From the NCBI GenBank assembly GCA_003554345.1, contig PWGE01000009.1, forward strand, positions 1 through 25,715: a stretch of DNA of 25,715 nucleotides, written 5' to 3'. The position numbers were made by a program, and so were the translations under genes. Below the pieces are notes generated by a model. It saw only the letters and a list, made by a program, of their open reading frames with translations, was not told the origin of the DNA and ran no database searches. The stretch's first letter is position 1, and each line of letters opens with the position of its first letter. The DNA is from Candidatus Sumerlaeota bacterium (lineage in GTDB: Bacteria; Sumerlaeota; T1SED10-198M). Shown here in pieces: positions 1-8,594 of this stretch.

Positions 1-830
1 AATTCGCCGTTTGTGATTTCTGCTGCTTCTTGAAGTTGTAGGAAGTACTTCTGATCTGTTCTTTCTCGAGGGGGGAAAATGGATACTGAATCAATCTGTT
101 CCTTGAATATTATGGGAAAAATTGCCACATCATGCTCTTCTGCAAAGAACGCAGCCTCCAGAGGTTCGTATTGACCAAGATTTTGTTCACCATCGGTAAG
201 GAGAATAATATTTTTTGTTATTTCATCGTGAAGATTGGCAGGCAACAATTCTTCCAGATGTAGATAATGTTGTTGCACTATGATAATAGCATAATGTAAT
301 GCATCACCGATTGCTGTTCCCTGTTCGGCGGGTCCAGCAACTTCGACAGTATCTATTACCTGTTTAAGGTGAGTAATGTCGGAAGACAGGGGTGAGTTGA
401 GATGAGCAAAGGCAGCAAAGGTGATCAGTCCTACATCTCCCTGCCCGGCATGTTCTAAGTACTGTTGCAATGCTTTTCTGGCAGCATTCCACCGTGTGGT
501 GTGTGTGTTCATGTAATACACCGTTTCTTTCATACTTCCTGATCTATCAAGGAGTAACAGGGAAATAGAGGGGGGTGTGGGACTCGGTTTCCTTCTTTGC
601 TCACTTTGAGGTCGAAGTAAGACTCCTGTAAAAAGAGCAAGACTCAAGCTGTAGCACAAGAAAGGAAGCCAGAGTTTATATTGACGCCCCTTTTGTTTTA
701 AAGGTTTTCCCTGCATGATATGAGGCCATTTTATAGAGGTGAAGCCACGTTTCTTGAAGCCAGTATACAGATAAATGGTCAGGGAAAGAAATCCGAGGCT
801 GATAAGGAGAGGAAGTGGTTCTGTTATCAT
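1..830 (-). CDS. VWA (von Willebrand A) domain membrane protein, BatA-like; 3' end runs off the window edge
   Basis: Not in the ORF track; translated by hand from ATG at 830 (ATGA overlap with the stop of the upstream gene): MITEPLPLLISLGFLSLTIYLY...LLRPQ...LLLLDRSGSM...GTAIGDAL...IILLTDGEQN. It has the MIDAS motif DxSxS..T..D and an N-terminal TM segment, and lies downstream of moxR/DUF58. Confidence 0.9.
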   Translation of the reverse strand, partial: MITEPLPLLISLGFLSLTIYLYTGFKKRGFTSIKWPHIMQGKPLKQKGRQYKLWLPFLCYSLSLALFTGVLLRPQSEQRRKPSPTPPSISLLLLDRSGSMKETVYYMNTHTTRWNAARKALQQYLEHAGQGDVGLITFAAFAHLNSPLSSDITHLKQVIDTVEVAGPAEQGTAIGDALHYAIIIVQQHYLHLEELLPANLHDEITKNIILLTDGEQNLGQYEPLEAAFFAEEHDVAIFPIIFKEQIDSVSIFPPRERTDQKYFLQLQEAAEITNGE

Positions 831-1849
831 CTATGGACCCTGCCTTGAAATTCCCGGGAATAATAGCGGATAATTTTTTCCAGACGGTATAAAAGTGACT
901 CCTCATCTCCCTGTGGCACCGAAACCGGCGCATATTTCATAGTTTGAGCCCGCGATAAAAGTTTTATGATGAATTTTTTGTCTTCCTCTCGTAGAGGAAT
1001 AGTGAGGTGGTTATTTTTTATTATTTCTTCTATGGTCATTATTTGCAGGTTAATACTATGAGTTTGGTAGAGGAACTGTTTTATTGCCTGGATGAGTTTT
1101 GTATAAAAGAGTCGATTATCAACTTCAAAAAGTCTTTCTCTGCTTATTTCACTTAATGTGGTGAGCGGATATTCGGGAAGTGAAGAATGGGTGCCTTTTT
1201 GTTTGCAATATAAGAAGATAATAACGGTGCCTATGAGTCCGGTTATAGTGACAAAAAAGACGTAAAAAATTGGTCTTTGATAGAAAACCGGTGTGGAAGG
1301 TCTCATGATGTCGGGAGAAGGAGGAGAGTGTGGCGTTTGTGAAGAAGCTGATAATGGTTCCACCTGTACTGAAACAGAACAGAGAGAAAAGGAGTGTTGA
1401 CGGGCAGGAAGGTCAATTGCTGTGAAGTATGCCAGGGCATCTGATAAAGTAATAGTTCCACTTTGCAACGGTTGGAGTACTACATGGTATCCCTGTACAT
1501 TGGCTTTTTTAGATACAGAGGGTAAAGGGGAAAATGATTGTACATATAACTCGGGAAGAAAGAGGTGAGGACGTAAAAAAAGCTCATATTGGGTGTCATC
1601 TGTCTTTTGAGAAGCGACTAAAACGATCTCCCAGTTTTGAGATAAATGAATGGTATCCTCTTTATAAGCAATCCATAATGAAGGTGTTTGATGGTTATTT
1701 TCTATTTGCACATGATGCCATTTATTGTAGTGTTCATTAAGATAGCTTTGTGGCTCACCGGCCATGAGGAGCCATGTTCCAGGTCCACCTCCTGTAATGA
1801 CCATTATTACGATGAAAAGAATGGATGGGACAATACACTGGAAACTCAT
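827..1849 (-). CDS. Bat/MoxR-locus membrane protein (N-terminal hydrophobic signal, exported beta-rich domain, Pro-rich linker, TM helix, cytoplasmic tail); BatD/DUF4381-like
   Basis: 340-aa ORF with ATGA overlaps at both ends. TM segment IFYVFFVTITGLIGTVIIFLY; C-terminal 'FYTKLIQAIKQFL...MTIEEI...KYA' resembles the protein that usually sits between DUF58 and batA. Confidence 0.65.
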   Translation of the reverse strand: MSFQCIVPSILFIVIMVITGGGPGTWLLMAGEPQSYLNEHYNKWHHVQIENNHQTPSLWIAYKEDTIHLSQNWEIVLVASQKTDDTQYELFLRPHLFLPELYVQSFSPLPSVSKKANVQGYHVVLQPLQSGTITLSDALAYFTAIDLPARQHSFSLCSVSVQVEPLSASSQTPHSPPSPDIMRPSTPVFYQRPIFYVFFVTITGLIGTVIIFLYCKQKGTHSSLPEYPLTTLSEISRERLFEVDNRLFYTKLIQAIKQFLYQTHSINLQIMTIEEIIKNNHLTIPLREEDKKFIIKLLSRAQTMKYAPVSVPQGDEESLLYRLEKIIRYYSREFQGRVHR

Positions 1850-2724
1850 CTGACTGATCTTTTCTTTCTTTTTCTTAATAGGTGTAAGAGGGAAAGGAGA
1901 TAATTTTGGCGACTTGAAATAGAGATGAAATCGCCCCTGTTTTTTTGAAAAAGACGGCGAACCATTTTTTCGTGTTCCTCCAGATTTTCACCAATCTTTT
2001 GCCGGATCTTTTTTCGACTGAAATCCATCCAAACCCTCTTTTTGGTTTCCGGATCCTGGAATGGAAGGTATCCCAGGGGAGGAATCTCTTTTTCCCATTG
2101 ATCATACAACATGATACCGATGAGACTATTGCGGGCAGATAAAGAAGAAATTCCTTTATCAAAGTCTGAACTGAAAAAATCTGAAAGAAGAAAAATAATA
2201 TTATGACGGGTACGAAGATGCTGATAAAAATCACAGGCGGCTTGAATATTGGTTGTTGATGCAGAGGAGCGGGCGGTCAATATCTCCTCGGCAATTCTGG
2301 AGACAGGATAGCCGGTTTTTCTGGGTGGCAAATATGTCTGTACGTGGTCACTGAATAAAATCAATGCGATTCGATTATTATCATATAAAGCGGAAAATGA
2401 AAGTAAAGCACATATTTCAGCGACTCTCTCCCGCACAAGCCGTGCAGGATTAAAACTCATCGAAGGACTGATATCGACAAGAAAAAAAACATTTTGTCGA
2501 TGTTCTTCCTGGAAGAGCTTTACATGAGGTGTGCCCAGCCGGGCGGTTACGTTCCAGTCTATATGGCGAATATCGTCTCCATGTTGGAAGGGACGCACTT
2601 CGCTGAATTCTAACCCTTCTCCTTTAAAAGCAGAAGAGTAGATTCCGTGAAAAAGATGTTGAGCTTTCCAGGAAGAGGAGATCCGTAAGCGCTTGATTTT
2701 TTTCTTCAGCGCTTCGTTGCTCAT
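1846..2724 (-). CDS. DUF58 family protein (MoxR-associated, VWA-like)
   Basis: Motifs GxGLEFSEVRPFQHGDDIRHIDWNVTAR, FLVDISPSM and IFLLSDF; 1-nt overlap with the moxR stop. Confidence 0.93.
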   Translation of the reverse strand: MSNEALKKKIKRLRISSSWKAQHLFHGIYSSAFKGEGLEFSEVRPFQHGDDIRHIDWNVTARLGTPHVKLFQEEHRQNVFFLVDISPSMSFNPARLVRERVAEICALLSFSALYDNNRIALILFSDHVQTYLPPRKTGYPVSRIAEEILTARSSASTTNIQAACDFYQHLRTRHNIIFLLSDFFSSDFDKGISSLSARNSLIGIMLYDQWEKEIPPLGYLPFQDPETKKRVWMDFSRKKIRQKIGENLEEHEKMVRRLFQKNRGDFISISSRQNYLLSLLHLLRKRKKRSVR

Positions 2725-3740
2725 TATGGAACCTCAATCTCATTGAGAATGACATCCAGAATTTGGTCAGGTGTTATTTCATCCGCCAGTGCTTCATAAC
2801 TCATGATAATGCGGTGCCTCAGAACATCTTTAGCAACTGCTTTTATATCTTCGGGCAGAACAAAATTTCTTTGTTGAAGAAGAGCATAGCCTTTGGCAGC
2901 CAGGCATAAATAAACTGATGCTCGGGGTGAAGCGCCAAACTCAATACGTTCTTCAATTTCAGGAAGATTATATTCACCAGGTTTGCGGGTTGCTCGTACC
3001 AGTCTTATGACATAATCGCGAATTTTATCATCCACATAAATGGTATCAATCATAGATTTTAAATGGGAAAGAGCCGACCTGTTTATAATACTTTTCAGGT
3101 TCAGTGGGGGGGAAACCCTGGTCATCCGCTGGAGAATAACCTGTTCTTCCTCGCTGGTAGGGTAGGAAACCAGAACCTTCATCATGAAGCGATCAAGCTG
3201 TGCTTCAGGTAAAGGATATGTTCCTTCCTGCTCAATAGGGTTTTGAGTGGCTGCCACAAAAAAGGGGGTGGGTAAAGAATGAGTCTCTCTTCCTATACTG
3301 ACTTCTTTCTCCTGCATGGCCTGGAGAAGAGCGCTTTGTACTTTTGCCGGAGCGCGGTTGATTTCGTCAGCTAATAAAATATTTGTAAAAACAGGCCCTC
3401 TGGTAACCTCGAAACGCAATTCTTTCTGATTATACATCATGGTTCCCATGATATCTGCTGGTAAAAGGTCAGGGGTGAATTGAATTCTCTGGAAATCCAG
3501 GTTAAGAACCCGGGACAGGCACCTTACCATTAAGGTCTTGGCAATACCCGGGACCCCTTCCAGGAGGAGATGCCCTTCCGTTAATAGGGCTATGAGCAAA
3601 CGGTCGAGCATCTCTTCCTGACCGACAAGAACTCTGTGTATTTCCTGACGGGCTTGCTCTATGAGGGGGAAATATTCTTCAGAACAACGGGTATCAGAAT
3701 CTTTTTGTCTGTAAGGGGCCCTTGTATCATTGTTATTCAT
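2724..3740 (-). CDS. moxR: MoxR family AAA+ ATPase
   Basis: Walker A GVPGIAKT, RIQFTPDLLPADI, Walker B LLADEINRA, ATQNPIEQEGTYPLPEAQLDRF, GASPRA. Confidence 0.97.
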   Translation of the reverse strand: MNNNDTRAPYRQKDSDTRCSEEYFPLIEQARQEIHRVLVGQEEMLDRLLIALLTEGHLLLEGVPGIAKTLMVRCLSRVLNLDFQRIQFTPDLLPADIMGTMMYNQKELRFEVTRGPVFTNILLADEINRAPAKVQSALLQAMQEKEVSIGRETHSLPTPFFVAATQNPIEQEGTYPLPEAQLDRFMMKVLVSYPTSEEEQVILQRMTRVSPPLNLKSIINRSALSHLKSMIDTIYVDDKIRDYVIRLVRATRKPGEYNLPEIEERIEFGASPRASVYLCLAAKGYALLQQRNFVLPEDIKAVAKDVLRHRIIMSYEALADEITPDQILDVILNEIEVP

Positions 3741-5172
3741 TATCTACCACTATATATATGTTGGATCCTGCCCGGTGAACGACAAGAAGGATACGGGGTT
3801 GCTCCTGTACTTCTTCCAGAATTTGCTTCATTTCCTCAACGGTTGTTACTTCCTGTCTGTTAATTTCCATGATGATGTCTCCCTGTCGAACACCCTTTTG
3901 TTGGGCACTACTTCCTGGTTCTACCGATGTAACAACAACTCCTTCAATGTTGGGTGAAACATCCAGTTCTTCCCTTATTTCAGGTGTTAATTCCTGCAAT
4001 TCCATGCCGAGAATTCGTTCCGGGGTGACAATGCGTCCTGCTAACAGATCTTCCTGGGTGGGGCGAGCCTCTGTAGTCACTGTGTATTCTTTTTCTTCTC
4101 CATCTCTGTCAATGACGGTTATTTGCACTTCGGAACCAGGTGTGATCATGCTGATGGAATTAACCAGTTCACGGGTACTGCCGATACTTTGACCATCAAC
4201 CTCGACGACAACTTCATCTCTTGAGACCCCTGCTTTGTCTGCAGGACCATCCGGTACTACATCTGTAATGAGAACTCCTTCTTCTATATCGTAAAAGTCA
4301 CGCAGTTCATGGTCTATATCTTTTATGGTGATACCGATCCAACCACGCTGTACTTCGCCGTGCTCTATAAGATTGTTAATAACATTTTCCACGACGTTAC
4401 CGGCAATAGCATATCCTAACCCTATATGACCACCGTGTGTGGTGGAAATGATATTGTTGACTCCAACAACTTCTCCATGAATGTTGAGGAGAGGTCCGCC
4501 ACTATTACCGGGATTAATTGCGGCATCGGTCTGGATAAAATCCTGAAATTCAATACTGACTCCTCTGCCTCCACCTACGTCCTGCAGCTGTCTTCCGGTA
4601 GCACTGACAATTCCTAAACTTGCTGAATGCAGTTGACCAAAGGGATTACCCAGGGCAACAACAAAGTCACCGGGTTCTACTGTATTACTATCTCCAAACT
4701 CCAGGGGAGCCAGATCATCTGCCGGCACCTTCAGTAATGCCAGGTCGGTGTTTTCGTCGGTACCTAATATGGAGACATCACCCTTTTCATAAATGGTGCC
4801 GTCATGTAATTCAATTTCGATATCTGCTTCATCCACACCATCTATAACGTGTAAATTTGTCACAATATAACCATCAGTTGAAATGATGATTCCTGTTCCT
4901 AATGTGGTCCGGGGTTGAGGTTCAGGTCTGGGGAAACCACGAAAGAATTCTTCAAAGGGAAATCCGAAAGAGTCATCATCAGGAAAGAGCCGCCTTTGAG
5001 GGTGATCTTCAGGCTCAATCTCCCCCCTTATACATACCACCGAGGAAATGGAATCCTGAATGATATTACGAAATGTCTTGTTGGTAAGAGGAACTTCCTC
5101 TGTGCTTGTTAATGCGGGAGTTGCCAGAAAAAAAGTTGTTGCAATCACCAGAAGTATTAGTATCTTCTTCAT
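3733..5172 (-). CDS. htrA: HtrA family periplasmic serine protease/chaperone (DegP/DegQ type, two PDZ domains)
   Basis: Signal peptide; catalytic triad motifs VTNLHV, TDLALLK and QTDAAINPGNSGGPL; two PDZ repeats; strong SD (AAGGAGG) before the ATG. Confidence 0.97.
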   Translation of the reverse strand: MKKILILLVIATTFFLATPALTSTEEVPLTNKTFRNIIQDSISSVVCIRGEIEPEDHPQRRLFPDDDSFGFPFEEFFRGFPRPEPQPRTTLGTGIIISTDGYIVTNLHVIDGVDEADIEIELHDGTIYEKGDVSILGTDENTDLALLKVPADDLAPLEFGDSNTVEPGDFVVALGNPFGQLHSASLGIVSATGRQLQDVGGGRGVSIEFQDFIQTDAAINPGNSGGPLLNIHGEVVGVNNIISTTHGGHIGLGYAIAGNVVENVINNLIEHGEVQRGWIGITIKDIDHELRDFYDIEEGVLITDVVPDGPADKAGVSRDEVVVEVDGQSIGSTRELVNSISMITPGSEVQITVIDRDGEEKEYTVTTEARPTQEDLLAGRIVTPERILGMELQELTPEIREELDVSPNIEGVVVTSVEPGSSAQQKGVRQGDIIMEINRQEVTTVEEMKQILEEVQEQPRILLVVHRAGSNIYIVVDNE

Positions 5173-5208
5173 AGAAACCTCCTTATTCTATCTTTTGTCA
5201 TTAAAACA

Positions 5209-5224
5209 AGCAAGTAATGTGCCA
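5209..5224 (-). promoter_or_regulatory. sigma54 (RpoN) -24/-12 promoter for the htrA-moxR operon
   Basis: Minus strand reads TGGCAC-ATTAC-TTGCT, a full match to TGGCAC-N5-TTGCW with exactly 10 nt between GG and GC. Predicted +1 near 5198, about 26 nt before the htrA ATG. Confidence 0.8.
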
Positions 5225-5299
5225 GTTTTAGTCTGCATTTATCTTTTCTTCTCATATTAAATAAAATGCACTGAAATAAAAGGAATACCCTTAAATACC

Positions 5300-5327
5300 T
5301 TGCAATTAAGCTGGATAAATTTATAAT
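5300..5327 (+). promoter_or_regulatory. sigma70-type promoter for the pfkB-symporter operon
   Basis: TTGCAA (5300-5305), 16-nt spacer, TATAAT (5322-5327); 50 nt upstream of the pfkB start. Confidence 0.7.
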
Positions 5328-5345
5328 CTTTCTTAAAACAATCTC

Positions 5346-5355
5346 TAAACGTTTA
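5346..5355. promoter_or_regulatory. Palindromic putative operator (LacI-family-like core AAACGTTT)
   Basis: Perfect 10-bp palindrome TAAACGTTTA between the -10 box and the RBS of a sugar kinase gene. Confidence 0.45.
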
Positions 5356-5377
5356 AACCCTTAAAGAGGTTTCTCAA

Positions 5378-6346
5378 TTGCCAATGTATGATGTGGTCGG
5401 GGGTACATGCAGTTGTTTGGATCATGTTCTTATTCCCCGTGATAAATATCCAGTTAAGAATGAGAAGACCTTTTTGGAATCTTATACTACGGTAGGTGGT
5501 GGCGTTTCTGCTAATGCCCTCACCCTTTTATCACGTTTGGGTGCAAAGGCTGCATTCTTTGGCTTAGCTGGCAAAGACGCTGCAGGAGAAAGCCTGCGCA
5601 GGGAATTAGCCGACTTTGATGTAAATGTTTCCGGTTACACTCTTCGGGAAGAAATGAGGACACCTCACTCTTTCATTATTGTGGACCCTCAGACAGGTGA
5701 ACGTAGCATTCTGGCATACCAGCCCTCATTTCCTGTAAAGTGGTACGAGGAGGATAAATGGGAAGCTCTGTGCTCGCCTCTTCCCACCATCTTTTTATTT
5801 GATACGCATCATATATCTGTTAAAAAAAAACTGGGGGCGTGGGCGAAAGATCATGATGTTCCTGTTATATGGGATATAGGGACTTATAAAAAAGGGATCG
5901 AAGAACTCTTTTCATTTATGGATTACTTTATAGCACCTGATGATTTTTTACGGGGATATTATCAGAAGAAAGAAATATCCCATGAAAAAGAACTGGCAGA
6001 ACTGCTGCGTGATCTTCACGATCATGGGGGGTTCTCTTTCACGGCTATAACTGTTGGTGCAGAAGGAGTTTATGCGCTCCTGGAAGATGAGGTTGTTCAT
6101 TTTCCGGCAATGCCTTTATCCAGGGTGGTGGACACTACTGGTGCAGGAGACATGTTTCACGCGGGTTTTGTGTATGGTTTACTGCAGGATTGTCAGGTTG
6201 AACAATCTCTGGCATGGGGTATAGTGTGTGCTGGTGTTTCGTGCACTTATATGGGGGGACGTGCTGAGAATATGTGCCCTGAAGAACTTAAAAATGCATA
6301 TAATAATTTCAGGATACATACGAAAAGGAGGAGGGTGATATGTTAA
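5378..6346 (+). CDS. PfkB/ribokinase family carbohydrate kinase
   Basis: GGGVSANALTLLSRLG, GKDAAG and DTTGAGDMFHAGF (anion hole/catalytic Asp). TTG start with SD AGAGG 7-8 nt upstream; ATG at 5384 is an alternative start. Confidence 0.93.
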   Translation: MPMYDVVGGTCSCLDHVLIPRDKYPVKNEKTFLESYTTVGGGVSANALTLLSRLGAKAAFFGLAGKDAAGESLRRELADFDVNVSGYTLREEMRTPHSFIIVDPQTGERSILAYQPSFPVKWYEEDKWEALCSPLPTIFLFDTHHISVKKKLGAWAKDHDVPVIWDIGTYKKGIEELFSFMDYFIAPDDFLRGYYQKKEISHEKELAELLRDLHDHGGFSFTAITVGAEGVYALLEDEVVHFPAMPLSRVVDTTGAGDMFHAGFVYGLLQDCQVEQSLAWGIVCAGVSCTYMGGRAENMCPEELKNAYNNFRIHTKRRRVIC

Positions 6347-8538
6347 ACGACGTTGCGTACAATTATCCCGGTGCAATAGATTTAGGCATTATTATCGGGT
6401 TTATCTTAGTAGTGATTATTATTGGCGTGGTCATGTCTCGTGTGGCACAGAAAAGTACGAAAGACTATTTTACGTCGGGGGGGAAAACACCATGGTGGTT
6501 ATTGGGGACTTCTATGGTCGCGACTACATTTGCGGCAGATACGCCCCTCCAGCTGGCAGGCTGGGTCGTAACCAGCGGCGTTTCTCAGAACTGGTTCTGG
6601 TGGTGTCAGGTACCCTTAACCATGGGGGGTGTTTTCCTGTTTGCCCGCCTGTGGCAAAGAGCAAATATATTGACCGACCAGGAACTGGTATATGTGCGGT
6701 ATTCAGGAAAACCAGCCAATTACCTGCGAGGTATTAAAGCTCTTTATTTTGGACTCATTTACGGAGTGATTGTTATGGGGTGGGTTCACCATGCGATGAC
6801 AGTTGTGGTTACCCTTTGTTTTCCCAATATTCCCCGAGTGCCGGTAGTGGATGGTGTGATGAAGTGGCTTTATCTTCATACCCCGCTTTCAGCCGGCATG
6901 GATTCGGAAGTGAGAGAGTTGCTCAGAGCAGGTGAAATTAATGTCTGGGAGTTGGTTGATAAGTTTGAATTAACAGGCGAAAGGGTGATGCATCTGCGGC
7001 AGGCCTGGGAACAAAACCTGGATCCGGAAGTAATGACGGAAGCTCTGGGGATTGTGGATAAACTCCCTCAGCTGGAAATGCCTGCTGCAGCTACGATTCA
7101 TCCTCTTTATTTTCTATCTCATATTGCCGATGTATCTGCAGGTGTGAATGAATATAAGATACTTTTTGGCTTGTTTTTAATCACCATTACTTATACGGCT
7201 ATTTCAGGCTTGTGGGGAGTTATGATTACCGACTTCGTGCAATTCTGGGTGGCTATGCTCGGGGCTATCATATTAGCAATCCTGGCGGTAAATCATGTGA
7301 CTGATGGCGGAGGACTTTCTACCCTGATGGCTCAGCTTGGTGATACGTATGGAGAAGGCAGGGCTCTGGCGATGGTTTCTGTCCTGCCTGCACGAGATGC
7401 GGCGGGTATGGACCTTATGCCGTGGCACTTTTTTCTCATATTTATAGCAATGGTATGGTGGTCTGTTGGTTTTACTGATGGGGGTAGTTATTTTGCCCAG
7501 CGTATGTTATCAGCTAAGAATGAGAAACACGCTGCTATGGGTTACCTCTGGTACGGTGTGGCTCACTTTGCCCTCAGAATGTGGCCCTGGATTGTTGTGG
7601 GGTTTGCGGCAGCTGTCTTGTTTCCCTACCTCCCACATCCTGTGACAGGATATCAGCCCACTCCTGCAGATGCAGAAATGAACTATGTTCGTATGATGCT
7701 TACAGTACTGCCGGTGGGATTGTTAGGATTGGTTCTTGCCTCCTTTATGGCGGCTTATATGTCCACTATATCAACACAGGTAAATCTCTCGGCTTCCTAT
7801 GTGGTGAATGACTTTTATCGCCCTTTTATAAAGAAAGGTGCCTCGGAAAAACATTATGTTCGTGTTTCCATCCTGGCAACTCTTTTCGTGGCGTTTCTGG
7901 GAATTATCGTTGCCCTCTATTTTGAGACCATTGAAGAGGGCTGGTTTCTCCTTGCTACAATGAACGGTGGAGTAGGTGTGATTTATATTCTGAGATGGTA
8001 CTGGCACCGGGTAAGTGCCTGGACTGAAGCATCCTGTCTCTTTACACTTCTGGTTCTGGCGGTGCTTTTCCGGGTAATTAATATTATGGGATTGTTTGAA
8101 GGAACAGTTTTAGAAGTGGGACAGTTAACACCAGGCTATCCCATTAACCTGGTATTTACAGTACCTATTTCCGTAGGAATAGCAATTCTGGTTACCAAAT
8201 TTACCAGTCCAGTGGAAAAGAGCAAACTCAAGGATTTTTGCAAGCGGGTACAACCTGGCGGACCAGGCTGGCGAGTGATTGAAGAAGAAATTCGTGAAGA
8301 AGATCCCTCTTTTAAATCACGTTCACCTCTCAAGTGGAAGAATATTAAAGCCTGGATACTGGCATCTTTTACTATCTATCTCTTCCTTTTTGGAGTCAGC
8401 TGGATGCTTATTGGAGATACGCTCTATGATGAGACATTTATACCGCGGCGAATACTCGGAGCACTCTTCATCCTGGGTTCATTCGTAGCAGGTTGGTTTG
8501 TCGTGCAGAACTTTTCCAGTAAACACTGGGAAGATTAA
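6340..8538 (+). CDS. Sodium:solute symporter (SSS/SLC5) family transporter with a large insertion
   Basis: DYFTSGGKTPWWLLGTSMVATTFAADTP, YTAISGLWGVMITDFVQF, GGSYFAQRMLSAKNE, LASFMAAYMSTISTQVNLSASYVVNDFY; multiple TM segments. Confidence 0.95.
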   Translation: MLNDVAYNYPGAIDLGIIIGFILVVIIIGVVMSRVAQKSTKDYFTSGGKTPWWLLGTSMVATTFAADTPLQLAGWVVTSGVSQNWFWWCQVPLTMGGVFLFARLWQRANILTDQELVYVRYSGKPANYLRGIKALYFGLIYGVIVMGWVHHAMTVVVTLCFPNIPRVPVVDGVMKWLYLHTPLSAGMDSEVRELLRAGEINVWELVDKFELTGERVMHLRQAWEQNLDPEVMTEALGIVDKLPQLEMPAAATIHPLYFLSHIADVSAGVNEYKILFGLFLITITYTAISGLWGVMITDFVQFWVAMLGAIILAILAVNHVTDGGGLSTLMAQLGDTYGEGRALAMVSVLPARDAAGMDLMPWHFFLIFIAMVWWSVGFTDGGSYFAQRMLSAKNEKHAAMGYLWYGVAHFALRMWPWIVVGFAAAVLFPYLPHPVTGYQPTPADAEMNYVRMMLTVLPVGLLGLVLASFMAAYMSTISTQVNLSASYVVNDFYRPFIKKGASEKHYVRVSILATLFVAFLGIIVALYFETIEEGWFLLATMNGGVGVIYILRWYWHRVSAWTEASCLFTLLVLAVLFRVINIMGLFEGTVLEVGQLTPGYPINLVFTVPISVGIAILVTKFTSPVEKSKLKDFCKRVQPGGPGWRVIEEEIREEDPSFKSRSPLKWKNIKAWILASFTIYLFLFGVSWMLIGDTLYDETFIPRRILGALFILGSFVAGWFVVQNFSSKHWED

Positions 8539-8549
8539 TATTATTGAGG

Positions 8550-8585
8550 GAAAGGGGGAATGCTTATAACGGCATTTCCCCTTTT
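8550..8585 (+). terminator. Rho-independent terminator-like hairpin after the symporter gene
   Basis: GAAAGGGGGAATGC-ttataacg-GCATTTCCCCTTTT: ~13-bp stem with G-U pairs and a 3' T run, starting 11 nt after the stop codon. Confidence 0.7.
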
Positions 8586-8594
8586 AATCACTTT

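Noticed and set aside
676-933. 85-aa minus-strand ORF in the track
   Set aside because: Overlaps two real genes on the same strand in another frame; the true gene here is the VWA ORF starting at 830.
5822-5830. A9 homopolymer in pfkB and other A/T runs as phase-variation tracts
   Set aside because: Frames are intact and such runs are common in this AT-rich, Lys-rich sequence.
8544-8594. TTG start extending YhaM by 17 aa
   Set aside because: Reads through the terminator hairpin, has a weak RBS, and family homology begins at MKISEL.
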